Sequence record: MN159079.1
DNA: 64,000 nt
Strand: one strand, 5' to 3'
Shown here: one piece after another, positions 19,101 to 28,823 of the stretch
Numbering within the stretch: position 1 is the stretch's first letter
Layout: the number at the start of each line of letters is the position of its first letter
Made by a program: the position numbers and the translations under genes
The notes under the pieces: generated by a model
Databases searched by the model: none
The model's input: the letters and a program-made list of their open reading frames with translations, nothing else
What the model was told of the DNA's origin: nothing

Positions 19101-19566
19101 TAAGTATGTAGAACAGTTCGATCTTCATTGGGGCTTTGATGCGGCTCGTGAGTTGGATCAACGGATCAGTGATTACCTCACTGTTAACGCCGATTACAAA
19201 CAGAATCTCCCTGTGGATTATCCCTATCTGGAAGAGGACCGTTATCGGTTATTCAGTCCGTTCATGAACCAACTTGCCAACGAAATGCAACTCGGTTTCT
19301 TGACAGTTCCCGCTCCTACCGAGACAGAGATTGGTTATAGTGATCAAGCGATAGACGATATCACTCGTCCTTATCAATGGTTGCTGAAATACGATCCCTC
19401 TCAAATGGATCTGGATCTGAGGTATTTCATGATCCACCCGTACAGTAATCTTCAGCGGATTACAGTCACTCCCAATCAGTTGACCGTACTCTCCAGGGTC
19501 AATGACCTGTATCTTAAAGGGAAACTTCGTATTGAAGGCTTCTTCGAGGTAAAACACGATGTTTAG
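16117..19566 (+). CDS. large virion/baseplate protein (phiKZ gp27 position)
   Basis: 1149 aa, beta-rich; synteny. Confidence 0.65.
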   Translation: MADQTAKFQLERARSFVSGSDLSVTFNIIPATPDEKALLAHVEDLDKVTNTVGSTRTPTSQKFDSAKQTISFIIPVVRSDAKNMTYIFIGDVTIDGIRYPYNYSLTIEPVDVEVNKLFDDGIDMVFEFGYTVHNTKLPVTIPGVVTLNEGSYVKEGAELRKVSETTAAGVALYRVEIELFQVKHPRLFIKGSVAFEYPEYTIHVPFEKWQDENIAWESYPRPLVDYAKKHMWGHRELDNNYQLKLGRVSPANGLINNFFFAGKTFLLPGPSHFYHVFSMGGFDINFWNMGQRKLDWWPFNTWKTLSEISNQRGTSLDVYNGRGRMFPRGDVWMLNTYQGVTFIAMPVTQMYPIPMDKNMYIRCYTSDINTAIISEEEQTKYRFGYAFREYSDPADFTYITEQYNMYNSFNTGRVQFFLNGVVSDISKYVRASGDLLEVAYDPTIGQTHTYKFKDLADFYSVMDEKRKLIIFPGDLSKPRYYKYHNDIDVYVVNRRTKQALYYHRNKVDAIRQLTHHDFALAAGYVEFLISELMNMDSTKRTTVNDIDIQIYHRETKWKFELGPTSSRINDLYLLEDPEKILGAMTGAQSTVKEWSAPELEKGATNFVLNAILQELSTTTVREGLGYNGCSVALSASPLYMPYITPGDPGFEDVFPTPPYETGLGYRIPASYVESSTAYEYDKNGLYIRKVGVIKSEWYKPGPDCYYVEFVVGQASTWLDCAISRTDVKLRPGFGFRVYTAGWLIDPDDPEVPDNSLFKKEFNITADGKEIYPEPYEIKIYGDGENTAPDLEIVTSGGRPDGKWVDVTGTDEYRIVNGYISWNFDTRNKVGMVIFDTVHLFNQFELYHIDNSISFQIMHTWDIGGLPLPIEPGQIDLWINGHPAIENVDYVLDFPNVYVISKMWLKEGGRNTFAYRGRGLSGKGLIPSSELGFVYDGVLGINGRYNLRIDRPTKTIINGRLYLTEALDWSEDINHGQNVGALNGMPYEVKHIYCDNKYVEQFDLHWGFDAARELDQRISDYLTVNADYKQNLPVDYPYLEEDRYRLFSPFMNQLANEMQLGFLTVPAPTETEIGYSDQAIDDITRPYQWLLKYDPSQMDLDLRYFMIHPYSNLQRITVTPNQLTVLSRVNDLYLKGKLRIEGFFEVKHDV

Positions 19567-21301
19567 TAACGCACCTAAAGCCACCAGTAATGACGGTGGT
19601 GTCGTTCCGGGTAACAAACCCAGCATCGGTAATAATGACGCTCGCAAGGTCGTCCATTATATCGAGCAAATTTTCGATCCCGATATTCACCCCATCGAGC
19701 TGATGTCCAAGTACATCGTTCCTGAAGAGGGTGAACTCGTAGTAGACATGCCGAACCATGTTTTCTACGAGGTAGAGCATGTGGATCGTCACGCCACTTG
19801 GAAAACGACCCTTGGTCCTTGGAACCCGATTCCCGAGGCCAGTGGTAATGACTACACTCTGTTCCCGAAACACGAATATGGTTTCTTGCAGGGTGAAATG
19901 GCACTGATGATCGATTACAGTGTCCGTCCTCCTGTGGCTCGGGTCGATGCAAACTGCGTCGCTCCTAATGCAGCATACGCTCATCTCTATAACGGTGATG
20001 TGTTCCAGGATACTGACATTATTTCAGCCACTTATTCTGGTGTTGATTTTATCGACAACAAAATCCCGGTATCCCCGGTTGTTCTCGATAACTTCGAAAA
20101 CCTCACCATCATGGGTGCGAATACGTTCTCTGTCCAACGAAGTGATAAGGAACTCCCTAACGGCTCACGGTGTAGCCTGATCTTCAAGGATCAAGCGGGT
20201 CGACCGATCCCACCCATCTATCCGTTGGCTGTTCAGCACTGCTCTCATCTCCGTGACCATGAGCTGGGTACTCGCTACGTTAAGAGCATTGAACTCATCT
20301 CTCCATGGTTCACCAATACGTCCAATCCGAAGACCCTGTTTATCAGGATCAACGTATTGCTGAAGACGGTTGAGTTCCGTGCACGAGTTCACTACTCTGA
20401 CGGTACTTCTTCTGATCCGGTTCCTGTGAATACCTTCAATGGTAATAACGGGTTCAAACTCTTGGGTCTGGACCAGTGGAAACCGACAGTACCTGGTCAG
20501 TCTTCTGACAGTCTGGTTCTGACGTATGCGTTCGCTGAACACGAACAGGCTTACATGGCCCAACCTGGTCAGCCTCGTCATATGTCCGAGAAGTACACCA
20601 TCGTTGCTGTCCCTGGCGAGGGTACGTACACTCCGCGTATCTACTCCTACCCGTATTGGGATAACATGAACGGTTGGAAGTTGAAACACTTCCTGACTGA
20701 CCTGGATCGCAAGTACTGTCGTGACGTCACTGACATTGTCACACTGAACGAATCCAGTCCTGCGTTTGATGGTCGTAAGTATGGTGAAGAGCAGAACTTG
20801 ATCTTCAACCTGAACATGCGTGACGTCTCCGCTAGCTATGAACCCTGGTCGTTCATGCAACACACCTCTCCAACGTTGTACAACGATGCAACAGCGGAAG
20901 GACGTAAGTGGGATGTTCGTCATTCTCGGGGTAAACCGCCATTCGTGTCGATGACTGTCGAGTACATTGCTCAAGCTGGTGGCGGTGTTAAGGCCAAGTT
21001 CGCCGGGATTGCCAATGACAAAGAGTTCCTTGATAAAGGTTACTGGGCATTCGATCCTCTTATGGATCCGCTCACTGAAATCAAGGCTCCGACTCCGACC
21101 CACTTCGATCTCGTTCGGGTCAATGGTTCTGTTAGGACCGGTATTCCTATTGCTGGCTGGAAAGAACTTCCCATCGATGCGTTCAGTCTCACTCCGGGTG
21201 AAGGTCTCTTCATTCGTTGGGTCCGTCGTGAATCCGATGGCAATGAACTCCAACTCGGTGTTTCTGCTGCTGTCAGTAAGAAAGTCTCTGTGTTCTCGTA
21301 A
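19559..21301 (+). CDS. virion/baseplate protein (phiKZ gp26 position)
   Basis: 580 aa overlapping the upstream stop; synteny; terminator 21308-21335. Confidence 0.65.
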   Translation: MFSNAPKATSNDGGVVPGNKPSIGNNDARKVVHYIEQIFDPDIHPIELMSKYIVPEEGELVVDMPNHVFYEVEHVDRHATWKTTLGPWNPIPEASGNDYTLFPKHEYGFLQGEMALMIDYSVRPPVARVDANCVAPNAAYAHLYNGDVFQDTDIISATYSGVDFIDNKIPVSPVVLDNFENLTIMGANTFSVQRSDKELPNGSRCSLIFKDQAGRPIPPIYPLAVQHCSHLRDHELGTRYVKSIELISPWFTNTSNPKTLFIRINVLLKTVEFRARVHYSDGTSSDPVPVNTFNGNNGFKLLGLDQWKPTVPGQSSDSLVLTYAFAEHEQAYMAQPGQPRHMSEKYTIVAVPGEGTYTPRIYSYPYWDNMNGWKLKHFLTDLDRKYCRDVTDIVTLNESSPAFDGRKYGEEQNLIFNLNMRDVSASYEPWSFMQHTSPTLYNDATAEGRKWDVRHSRGKPPFVSMTVEYIAQAGGGVKAKFAGIANDKEFLDKGYWAFDPLMDPLTEIKAPTPTHFDLVRVNGSVRTGIPIAGWKELPIDAFSLTPGEGLFIRWVRRESDGNELQLGVSAAVSKKVSVFS

Positions 21302-21400
21302 CAAACTAGAGGAGGGGCCGAAAGGTCCTTCCTCTATATTTATGTTCTGTTCTGCCTGACTAGCTGAATCCTATGTATCCACTATAACAGGTATAACTTT

Positions 21401-24400
21401 ATGTCTGATGAAAAGTTGGGTATCGCTAAACAGGTATTGTCTCATTTGGGAATAGAGCCAGAGCAACTTCCCGAATATATGTTCGACGATAAAACCAAGC
21501 GAACCCCATTAACTAATTTGGACGAACGTATTCTGTCTCATTATGACGAAGAGTCACTGTGGACAATGAAGACAGTTCGTTTCCTTAAAGACTTCTCTAG
21601 GTTTAACGCAGGTGTTCACCTCGAGACGAATAACGCCACGTTCTTGCGTACCGCTGAGCTATTCAGGAACATGGGTATTAAGAACTATTACTTCCTTCTT
21701 CAAATCAACAACCCTTTGTTGAAGGATGTTAACCCGTGGGATCCTGATCTCACAGACGAACAGAAACTGATGGTTCTTCAAGAAGCTCAGGAGAACGTTT
21801 GGTACATTGTTCGTGAGTTGATTAAGATCGACGGTCGTCGTTTCCGTGCTAACCGTGCGGTCATCTCCTTTATATGGAGCTGTCTCAACCACCTTCCAAC
21901 ACTTATCTTGATGCCTCGTCAGAGTGGTAAGGATCAGGATGGTGAAACGGAAGTTCTCCGTCCGGATGGCAAATGGACAAAGATCAAAGATCTTAAAGTC
22001 GGTGATGAGGTGTTGGCTCGTGACGGCACAATTGCCAACATAACAGGCTTCTACCCACAGGGTGAGCAAGTCAGTTATGAGATCGAGTTCATCGATGGCC
22101 GTAAAACAAAAGCTGGTAGTGAACATCTCTGGACGATGTGGGATCCAAAGAAGAAGGGTTGGGTCGTCAGGGATACCGAGCACATTAAGGAACGTTTGGA
22201 TAAGAATGAAGAAGGACTTTCCATTCCTCTCCCTCTTGAAGATCGTATCACCAAGAACAAGGACTACGTTCTTCATCCTTATATCCAAGGTGTTTTGTTT
22301 ACAGCCGGTGATAAGTCTGGGTTAACATTCAAAACTGAAAAGAATGATGTCGTAACCAGGGTTAAGAAACTCCTTACTCGTGGTTGGATTGTTACCAGTG
22401 ATGGTGATCAACACACCATCTCCATGAGGACTGATTACGACCCTACAGTTCACCGTAATGTCAAACAAGCGATGCGTGATTTCGGTATCGCGGATGTTTC
22501 CCCTAAAGACAGAGCAGTTCCGAAAGAGATCATGGAAGGTTCCCACCATGATCGCAAAATGTTCATTCGTGGCATCATGGATGTTGATGGTCATATCGAG
22601 CGTGGCGGTAGTGTTTATTACGCTAGTGCTGGTGAGAAACCATCTGAAACTGTACAACGGTTGTTCTGGTCTATTGGTGCCATCTGTAAGGTCACCAAAC
22701 GCGGATACAAGGTTAACGGGGATGAACCTGGCGAACGTATCACTCGTTACTCATATCGTCTCAGAGTGCGTTACACGGAGCCTGGTGAGCTGTTCCTTGT
22801 TGATGATCGCAGTCTGGTTGTATCGGCGAGGGCATTGCAATACAACAGCAAACTTTCCTTTAAATCCATCACTAAGGAAAAGAAGCTTAAACAAAGTTAT
22901 TGCATCGAACTTGACCATCCTGAAAACTTATACATAACCGACAACTGGATTGTGACACACAACACAGTTGGGATGCAGGTAATGGCATTCATCATGCAGT
23001 ACCTCATCGGTCGTGGATTCAAGGCAGGCCTGATCACCCTGGCTGCATCAAACCGTATGCAGTTTGTTAACGCCATGAAGAAGATCCGTGCCGGTCTTCC
23101 TGAGTACTTGGTGAACGTCACCTATAAGGATAATGACGCCGGTAACATTTTGACCTATCAGGCGTACGGTGCTGAGAATAAGAACACATTCGAAGTCCGT
23201 GTACCTTCTGGTGGTGAAGATGGTGCTGAAAACGTGTCTCGTGGTAGTACGTTTGAAATGCTGCTCTATGACGAGCCGGCGTGGATGAAGTACATCGAAA
23301 ACATCATGAACGGTGCCGGTCCTTCTACGTTGACCGCTCAAAAGAACGCTAGAGAAAAGGGTATCCCTTACTTCACTGCCAAGGCTACAACACCAAACAG
23401 TATCCTGAAGGAAGAAGGGAAGTACATGTATGGTGAAATGAAGAAAGCGACAGAGTGGCGTGAAAACTTCTTTGACAGTTATTCTGAATCTCACTTGCTG
23501 CAACGTGTCACCAAGGCTTCACCCGTCAGTACGACTCAACCACACATCTGTATGCAGTTTAACCACCTTCAACTTGGTTTTGGTAAAGACTGGGTTAAGG
23601 AGACTATGGATAAGCTTTCGCTTTCCTGGTCTAAGGCAAAGATTGACTTGTTGATGATGTGGACCGAGGAAGGGAAGAACAAGGTATTCGATGATAAAGT
23701 TCGGGAGCAACTCGCAAACGTTAAACAGGAACCTCTGTGGAACGAAGAAATTGCCAACACTGGTCTATTCATAGACTGGTATTACAGCAATGAGCGACTC
23801 AATGAATTCTTCACCGATCCTACTGAATTCTTCTTGATGGGGATGGATACGTCCGATGCGGTAGACCGAGATGCGTGTACGTTGATTATACGGCGAATGA
23901 AGACTGGTGAGAACATTGGGATAGGTCGTTATCCCCGTGCGTTCCTGGACGACGTGACGACGGTTCTGAGGGAGATGATAGTGCGGATTGAAAACAGTCT
24001 GCTGATTATCGAACGTAACCGTGCAGTTGACATGATCGATAAGTTGCTTCTTACTCTTCCAGCTCTCGACATTGATCCTTTCAAACGTATCTTCAATGAT
24101 GTCTATCAAGATCCCGTGAAGTTCCGTAACGAATGGAAGGATGTTCAGGAGGTTCATTTCAAGTACCGTACTAAAGAGTTCTATCTGAAATACAAGGAAC
24201 GTTTTGGCTTCAGGACAGGACCCTCGACACGACGTCAAATGTACGACTTCCTTCATGAAGCGGTTAACTCCACTGGCGCTGGACTGCGTCACCCAATGCT
24301 TGCTGATGAACTTATCGGACTTGAAACAGATAACGACGGTCGCATTGACCACAGTAAAAAGGGTAACGATGACTTGGTCATCGCCTGGCTACTGACGTTC

Positions 24401-24742
24401 TGGTTCATTAAGTTGGGGTATAACAAATCTCTTTATGGAATACCTCCAGGTCAGACGCTTATTCAGCTGACGACATTGGTTAACGATCCCGATAAGGAAG
24501 GGTTTACCAAAGACCAACTTGAGTTGTTCATCAGAATCAAGGACCGTATTGAAGAACTCAGTAAAGAACTTGAAGACACCGATAACGATATTGTTGCCAG
24601 ACGTATAGAACTTGAGATTCGTAAGCTGGGTGAATACATCCCACGCGAACTCAGGAAGACTATCACGATTGATGAGATTCTTTCTAACGCTAGTAAAGAA
24701 CGGAACAAACGTGGTCTGGATAAACGATTCGGACGAGTATAA
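21401..24742 (+). CDS. terL: terminase large subunit, intein-containing
   Basis: Walker A PRQSGK|T (split by intein), Walker B MLLYDE, RNase H-like nuclease GMDTS...D and GNDDLVIA. Confidence 0.92.
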   Translation: MSDEKLGIAKQVLSHLGIEPEQLPEYMFDDKTKRTPLTNLDERILSHYDEESLWTMKTVRFLKDFSRFNAGVHLETNNATFLRTAELFRNMGIKNYYFLLQINNPLLKDVNPWDPDLTDEQKLMVLQEAQENVWYIVRELIKIDGRRFRANRAVISFIWSCLNHLPTLILMPRQSGKDQDGETEVLRPDGKWTKIKDLKVGDEVLARDGTIANITGFYPQGEQVSYEIEFIDGRKTKAGSEHLWTMWDPKKKGWVVRDTEHIKERLDKNEEGLSIPLPLEDRITKNKDYVLHPYIQGVLFTAGDKSGLTFKTEKNDVVTRVKKLLTRGWIVTSDGDQHTISMRTDYDPTVHRNVKQAMRDFGIADVSPKDRAVPKEIMEGSHHDRKMFIRGIMDVDGHIERGGSVYYASAGEKPSETVQRLFWSIGAICKVTKRGYKVNGDEPGERITRYSYRLRVRYTEPGELFLVDDRSLVVSARALQYNSKLSFKSITKEKKLKQSYCIELDHPENLYITDNWIVTHNTVGMQVMAFIMQYLIGRGFKAGLITLAASNRMQFVNAMKKIRAGLPEYLVNVTYKDNDAGNILTYQAYGAENKNTFEVRVPSGGEDGAENVSRGSTFEMLLYDEPAWMKYIENIMNGAGPSTLTAQKNAREKGIPYFTAKATTPNSILKEEGKYMYGEMKKATEWRENFFDSYSESHLLQRVTKASPVSTTQPHICMQFNHLQLGFGKDWVKETMDKLSLSWSKAKIDLLMMWTEEGKNKVFDDKVREQLANVKQEPLWNEEIANTGLFIDWYYSNERLNEFFTDPTEFFLMGMDTSDAVDRDACTLIIRRMKTGENIGIGRYPRAFLDDVTTVLREMIVRIENSLLIIERNRAVDMIDKLLLTLPALDIDPFKRIFNDVYQDPVKFRNEWKDVQEVHFKYRTKEFYLKYKERFGFRTGPSTRRQMYDFLHEAVNSTGAGLRHPMLADELIGLETDNDGRIDHSKKGNDDLVIAWLLTFWFIKLGYNKSLYGIPPGQTLIQLTTLVNDPDKEGFTKDQLELFIRIKDRIEELSKELEDTDNDIVARRIELEIRKLGEYIPRELRKTITIDEILSNASKERNKRGLDKRFGRV
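21932..22963 (+). mobile_element. class-3 intein with LAGLIDADG homing endonuclease (344 aa)
   Basis: Starts DQDGETEV..KIKDLKVGDEV; block B SEHLW, block E FIRGIMDVDG, block F YCIEL, block G IVTHN followed by Thr+1; removal restores the GKT Walker A. Confidence 0.9.
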
Positions 24743-24750
24743 ACATAAGA

Positions 24751-24781
24751 CCCCTACCCCATCCTTTCGGAGGGGTAGGGG
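24751..24781 (+). terminator. intrinsic terminator after terL
   Basis: CCCCTACCCC...GGGGTAGGGG. Confidence 0.75.
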
Positions 24782-24808
24782 GTTATGCACTTCATTTATT
24801 TCAAACCG

Positions 24809-24824
24809 ATATTACTTAGTTGAT
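24809..24824 (+). promoter_or_regulatory. putative phage early promoter
   Basis: ATATTACTTAGTTGAT. Confidence 0.55.
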
Positions 24825-24891
24825 AAGCCATGTCGGTTTATTGTCAGTTGCAGCAACAACTGACATCACCCTTCAACTCTAGGAGTACTAC

Positions 24892-25035
24892 ATGTACACT
24901 ACGATCAAACTTAAACCTCAAAACGGCGGCCAGAAATCCGCTGAAGAGAGGCGTAACGAGATGAGGCAATACGCTCAATCTCAATTTCCAGGAATGGTTG
25001 TAACCAAAGCGTACACACCCAGTCCTTCTGCATAA
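24892..25035 (+). CDS. small hypothetical protein (47 aa)
   Basis: AGGAG RBS; MYTTIKLKPQNGGQKSAEERRNEMRQYAQSQFPGMVVTKAYTPSPSA; own promoter and terminator. Confidence 0.7.
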   Translation: MYTTIKLKPQNGGQKSAEERRNEMRQYAQSQFPGMVVTKAYTPSPSA

Positions 25036-25060
25036 TATAACTATTATGCGTAAATAAATA

Positions 25061-25081
25061 CCCACCTCCAATGGAGGTGGG
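25061..25081. terminator. bidirectional terminator
   Basis: CCCACCTCCA-A-TGGAGGTGGG between convergent genes. Confidence 0.75.
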
Positions 25082-25106
25082 TATTACAACCAGATCTATT
25101 TTTTTT

Positions 25107-25799
25107 TTATGCAAAATACATTGCGGCTTTTGCTTGTTTCTGCATGTCGGTCATTTTGTTCCGTTTCTTGGTGATTGCGCATTTGGAACTCTTCTGGAGT
25201 TTCAGAATAGTTTCAACGTTGTGCTGATCTTCAGAAAGGATATGGACGACCGTGTCGGATGTTTCTTCGAGATACTTGAGTGCTTTCTTGTACTTGGTGC
25301 GATAGCTCTCGAATACGGCTTTATCCAGGAACATGCGGTCCTTGGCATCAACTGGTCGACCACTGGCTTCTACATCGTTGAAACGTTTCACGAACGTCTC
25401 GTGAGTGATATCAACGAAGAAGATAATGTCGGGGTTGATGTTGTACCCGTAGGTTTGCAGCAGGCGACGGTTGTATTCCAATACTTCTACCATGCTCACA
25501 GCGTCATCGGATTGATACACCATGGAAGACACCACGTTGCGATCAGAGATGACATCACGGCTATGTGAAAGGTACGGATGGATGACCTGCTTAAAAGCTT
25601 CAACACGAGCTACTGCGTAACCCTGGATCTCTTCATCCTTGGTCAGCGTGTTGGATACCAGCTTTTCTTTCAGTGCTTTGAAGGACGGAGAACCGGTAAA
25701 GGGTTCCATCACTTGTTTGGCTTTGGTGTGCTTGGCGTGCGCATTTGCCAGTGTGGATTTACCTGCGAAATCCAGACCTTCATAGACTATGTAACTCAC
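25107..25799 (-). CDS. tmk: thymidylate (dTMP) kinase
   Basis: IVYEGLDFAGKST P-loop, EPF, SDRNVVSSMVYQ, PDIIFFVDI. Confidence 0.9.
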   Translation of the reverse strand: MSYIVYEGLDFAGKSTLANAHAKHTKAKQVMEPFTGSPSFKALKEKLVSNTLTKDEEIQGYAVARVEAFKQVIHPYLSHSRDVISDRNVVSSMVYQSDDAVSMVEVLEYNRRLLQTYGYNINPDIIFFVDITHETFVKRFNDVEASGRPVDAKDRMFLDKAVFESYRTKYKKALKYLEETSDTVVHILSEDQHNVETILKLQKSSKCAITKKRNKMTDMQKQAKAAMYFA

Positions 25800-27292
25800 T
25801 TGTAATACTCCAGGGTTAAAGTTCGAATAACGATGTACAGCATCAGTGCTGTGCGGAGACTAGAGACTGTGTATTGAGTACGAATACCAGTCATAGCACG
25901 GATGATTTCATCACCATTACGGCGAAGTTTGTGTAACAGGGCATTGGAAGACTTGTTGGATGTATAAGCACCACGCAGCTTATAAACCACATTCTTCAAA
26001 TCGGTGTGACGGATTGAGTTGGAAGAGAGATATTCAAAAAGATGTATGACGCAGTCGTCAACAAATTCTCGATAGTCTTCACCCTTCTTGTGATTGTACT
26101 GTGCGGGGAAATCACGAATGACCATCGTGAGCTTATCCTCGAACTGAGTGCTGGTTCTCGAATCATCAACGGCACGCGCTGCGTAACCAACCAGTTCTTG
26201 CTTGTAGAAACTGGTTCCGTCGTTAACAACACCATTGATGTAGTTACGATACTTGTTTACGTGCTTTTGCACATCTTTGATATTGACTTCACCGTCCATC
26301 ATGGCGAGTCCATTATCAGTCGCTACCAGGTCAACGTTATCTTTGATTTCATAGAGGACTTTGGTGTAATCGTTGATAACACCTTTGAGCCGTGACTCCA
26401 TGTCATTCACCATGTAAACAATGCGCTTGTCATCGTTCAACTTAGTGAATGTATCAAAGTGAATACCTGTCTTGGGATTGATAACGAATTCCCCACGAGC
26501 TTTGAAAAGTTCGTTCCAACTACCGAACCGCTTGATATCAAACTTCATGGAAAGTTTGTTGTACGCGGTTTGGGCAACACTGGGTTTAACCAGGTAACTG
26601 AAGTAGTGGTTCATGATGGAAGTCATGATCCGATAATGGAACAACATCACCAGGTTGATCAGTGCCTCGTCCTTCATATTCTTGGGAAGGTTAGAAACCC
26701 AGACCTTGTGCATTAAGTAAACGATGGACAGGTTAAAAGCATCGGATGATACTTTAAAGTCTTTGTTTACCCACCGAGTCCTGATCAGTTCATCACGAAG
26801 TCTGACTTCGTCAACATCAATGATGTCAGAGAAGAAGTTGTTACGATCCGCTGTTTTGAAGACGATTCGGTGCGTCCCCAAATAAGGTGTTCCGAAGAAC
26901 TCGGTGTGATCGTTATCTTTGGTGGCGAAGCCGTAAACAAAGCGACGGAGTTTACTCACCCAACGCTGATCGATTACCAGGTCTTCCACGAGACCGTCAA
27001 AGATGTCCTTGACTGCGTTATCTCGGTCATAGACAAAGTTAGGCGAAAGCGCTTCGAACCCTGTCATGTATTCGATGTTGTCGAGGTACGACTCCATACC
27101 ACCGTACTGGGTGAGTCTGACTTCTGGACCAAACAAGGTCTCAGGTTCAAACTCTTCCATTCCTGTCAGGATTTGTTCGTCCTGACGCATGGCGCGCATC
27201 ATCTGTTCGTAGTCACTCAGTTCCGTACCATCGGCATGCTGAGGACCTATCAGACGGAACTTAACTGCCCCGCCAGTGATACCATTGTACAT
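25796..27292 (-). CDS. conserved phiKZ-like hypothetical/virion protein
   Basis: 498-aa ORF in a 4-nt overlap with tmk; function not recognised. Confidence 0.75.
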   Translation of the reverse strand: MYNGITGGAVKFRLIGPQHADGTELSDYEQMMRAMRQDEQILTGMEEFEPETLFGPEVRLTQYGGMESYLDNIEYMTGFEALSPNFVYDRDNAVKDIFDGLVEDLVIDQRWVSKLRRFVYGFATKDNDHTEFFGTPYLGTHRIVFKTADRNNFFSDIIDVDEVRLRDELIRTRWVNKDFKVSSDAFNLSIVYLMHKVWVSNLPKNMKDEALINLVMLFHYRIMTSIMNHYFSYLVKPSVAQTAYNKLSMKFDIKRFGSWNELFKARGEFVINPKTGIHFDTFTKLNDDKRIVYMVNDMESRLKGVINDYTKVLYEIKDNVDLVATDNGLAMMDGEVNIKDVQKHVNKYRNYINGVVNDGTSFYKQELVGYAARAVDDSRTSTQFEDKLTMVIRDFPAQYNHKKGEDYREFVDDCVIHLFEYLSSNSIRHTDLKNVVYKLRGAYTSNKSSNALLHKLRRNGDEIIRAMTGIRTQYTVSSLRTALMLYIVIRTLTLEYYK

Positions 27293-27309
27293 ATTCCTAC
27301 CTACTTTTA

Positions 27310-28215
27310 TTAGCGCTTACGAGGAACAAGCATACGGATCTGATCAGCCACCCCTTTGGGATCTGCATAAGCCAGATACTTCTTGATCTCATCCTCGAAG
27401 AACATACGGAATTCATTATGGGCGTCTGCGTAACCCTGGATGTCATCCTGGAGTTCGTTAACGCTCACACCAAACTTGGCAACAGCCTCTTGCATCCCTC
27501 GCCGACAGTTGCGGTAGATGTACGCCTTTGTGGCCAGTACACACAGGTATGCAAACTGATCGTACATTTTTGGTGGGATGATTGAGAAGTGCTCGTCGTA
27601 GCTAAGGATTACTTTAGCCAGCATGTTGAACAGTGCCGATCCTGCGTCACGGATAAGGAACGAGTTGTTACCCACCATGGTAAATGACGTGAATGTCCGC
27701 TGAACGTTACTATCGTCCAAAGCAGAGATCATACGGTTTACCGCAGAGCCCATCGATCCGCCACCACCGCACTGAGGACCTGCAACCAGGTTATAACCGT
27801 TGCTTATCATGGAATTCAAATTACCAGGATAAACCTCGATCACTGAGAGGATGCGTCGACCACCAGTAAGGAAGTCAGGAACGTTGACGTGAACGATACC
27901 ACCTTCCAGGTTCTGTACTTGTGCAGAGCTCAGATCAATGGTGCTAGTTTCACCACCTGCAACGTTAAGAAGTGGAGCGACCATTTTCAGTATCACCTTT
28001 TCCCGGATACCTTGTTCAATGGAGAACTCGGTGTTGATCGGACCCCAGGAATGTCCGTACCCTTTATTAGGGTTGTCAAAGGCGATTTCCAACAAGTAAG
28101 GCGAAATGTCGTTAACGCCGTTTACCACGTTGTCGATCGCAAAATCGACCATATTCATGTTAAACCCTCTTGTCATTAGCTGAATACAAAAGATCGTTAA
28201 ACGGCATAAACCCAC
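27310..28215 (-). CDS. conserved phiKZ-like hypothetical/virion protein
   Basis: 301-aa ORF; true start probably the internal ATG (MNMVDFAID) after GAGG. Confidence 0.75.
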   Translation of the reverse strand: MGLCRLTIFCIQLMTRGFNMNMVDFAIDNVVNGVNDISPYLLEIAFDNPNKGYGHSWGPINTEFSIEQGIREKVILKMVAPLLNVAGGETSTIDLSSAQVQNLEGGIVHVNVPDFLTGGRRILSVIEVYPGNLNSMISNGYNLVAGPQCGGGGSMGSAVNRMISALDDSNVQRTFTSFTMVGNNSFLIRDAGSALFNMLAKVILSYDEHFSIIPPKMYDQFAYLCVLATKAYIYRNCRRGMQEAVAKFGVSVNELQDDIQGYADAHNEFRMFFEDEIKKYLAYADPKGVADQIRMLVPRKR

Positions 28216-28261
28216 TACCCCAACTAAGGAGGTAGTGAGTTCATAATATTTGACCTTGCGA

Positions 28262-28720
28262 TTACGAGAAGTCTCGGATTTCTTCCCATGCTTTACCGTA
28301 CTTATTCAGTACGTAGTTGATGTAGAAAACACCGAAGAGGAAAGTGAGTATGGGGTTCACCTTGACCTCACCTTCGCCACCTGTTTTACCCAGGTTCAGT
28401 ATAGCCCGTCGGGCACTGAATGCAAAGATAATCATGGCGATGCAGTACATCAGGGATACGATCATCCCAAGGACCATCATGATCCTGGAGAACTCATCAG
28501 CTTCGCCGAGACCGGTCATCCAGGTAGAGATCCCATAGAGCGCTGCTGCGGTGTACAGGAACGCGCCTGAGAGCACTCGTTCATTACTCTGCTCACTTAC
28601 GTGAGACTGGAGCTTGTACGCCCACATGAGGTTGTACGCACCCAGAGAGACGACAGAGAGAAAGACCATCAACCAGGTGCTGATCTTCATACGGGTTTGG
28701 ATCATAGAAATCATGAACAT
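28262..28720 (-). CDS. integral membrane protein
   Basis: 152 aa with about 4 hydrophobic helices; AGGA RBS. Confidence 0.8.
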   Translation of the reverse strand: MFMISMIQTRMKISTWLMVFLSVVSLGAYNLMWAYKLQSHVSEQSNERVLSGAFLYTAAALYGISTWMTGLGEADEFSRIMMVLGMIVSLMYCIAMIIFAFSARRAILNLGKTGGEGEVKVNPILTFLFGVFYINYVLNKYGKAWEEIRDFS

Positions 28721-28791
28721 TTCATTTCCTTAAAAGTTAGTAAGTTGCAATATATTAACCTTTGGGTAATTTTTAATAGAACATAATAAAA

Positions 28792-28823
28792 GCCTCTACT
28801 CTCCGGTTAGGGAGAGTAGAGGC
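28792..28823 (-). terminator. intrinsic terminator of the minus-strand RNA operon
   Basis: GCCTCTACTCTCC...GGAGAGTAGAGGC followed on the minus strand by TTTTATT. Confidence 0.8.
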
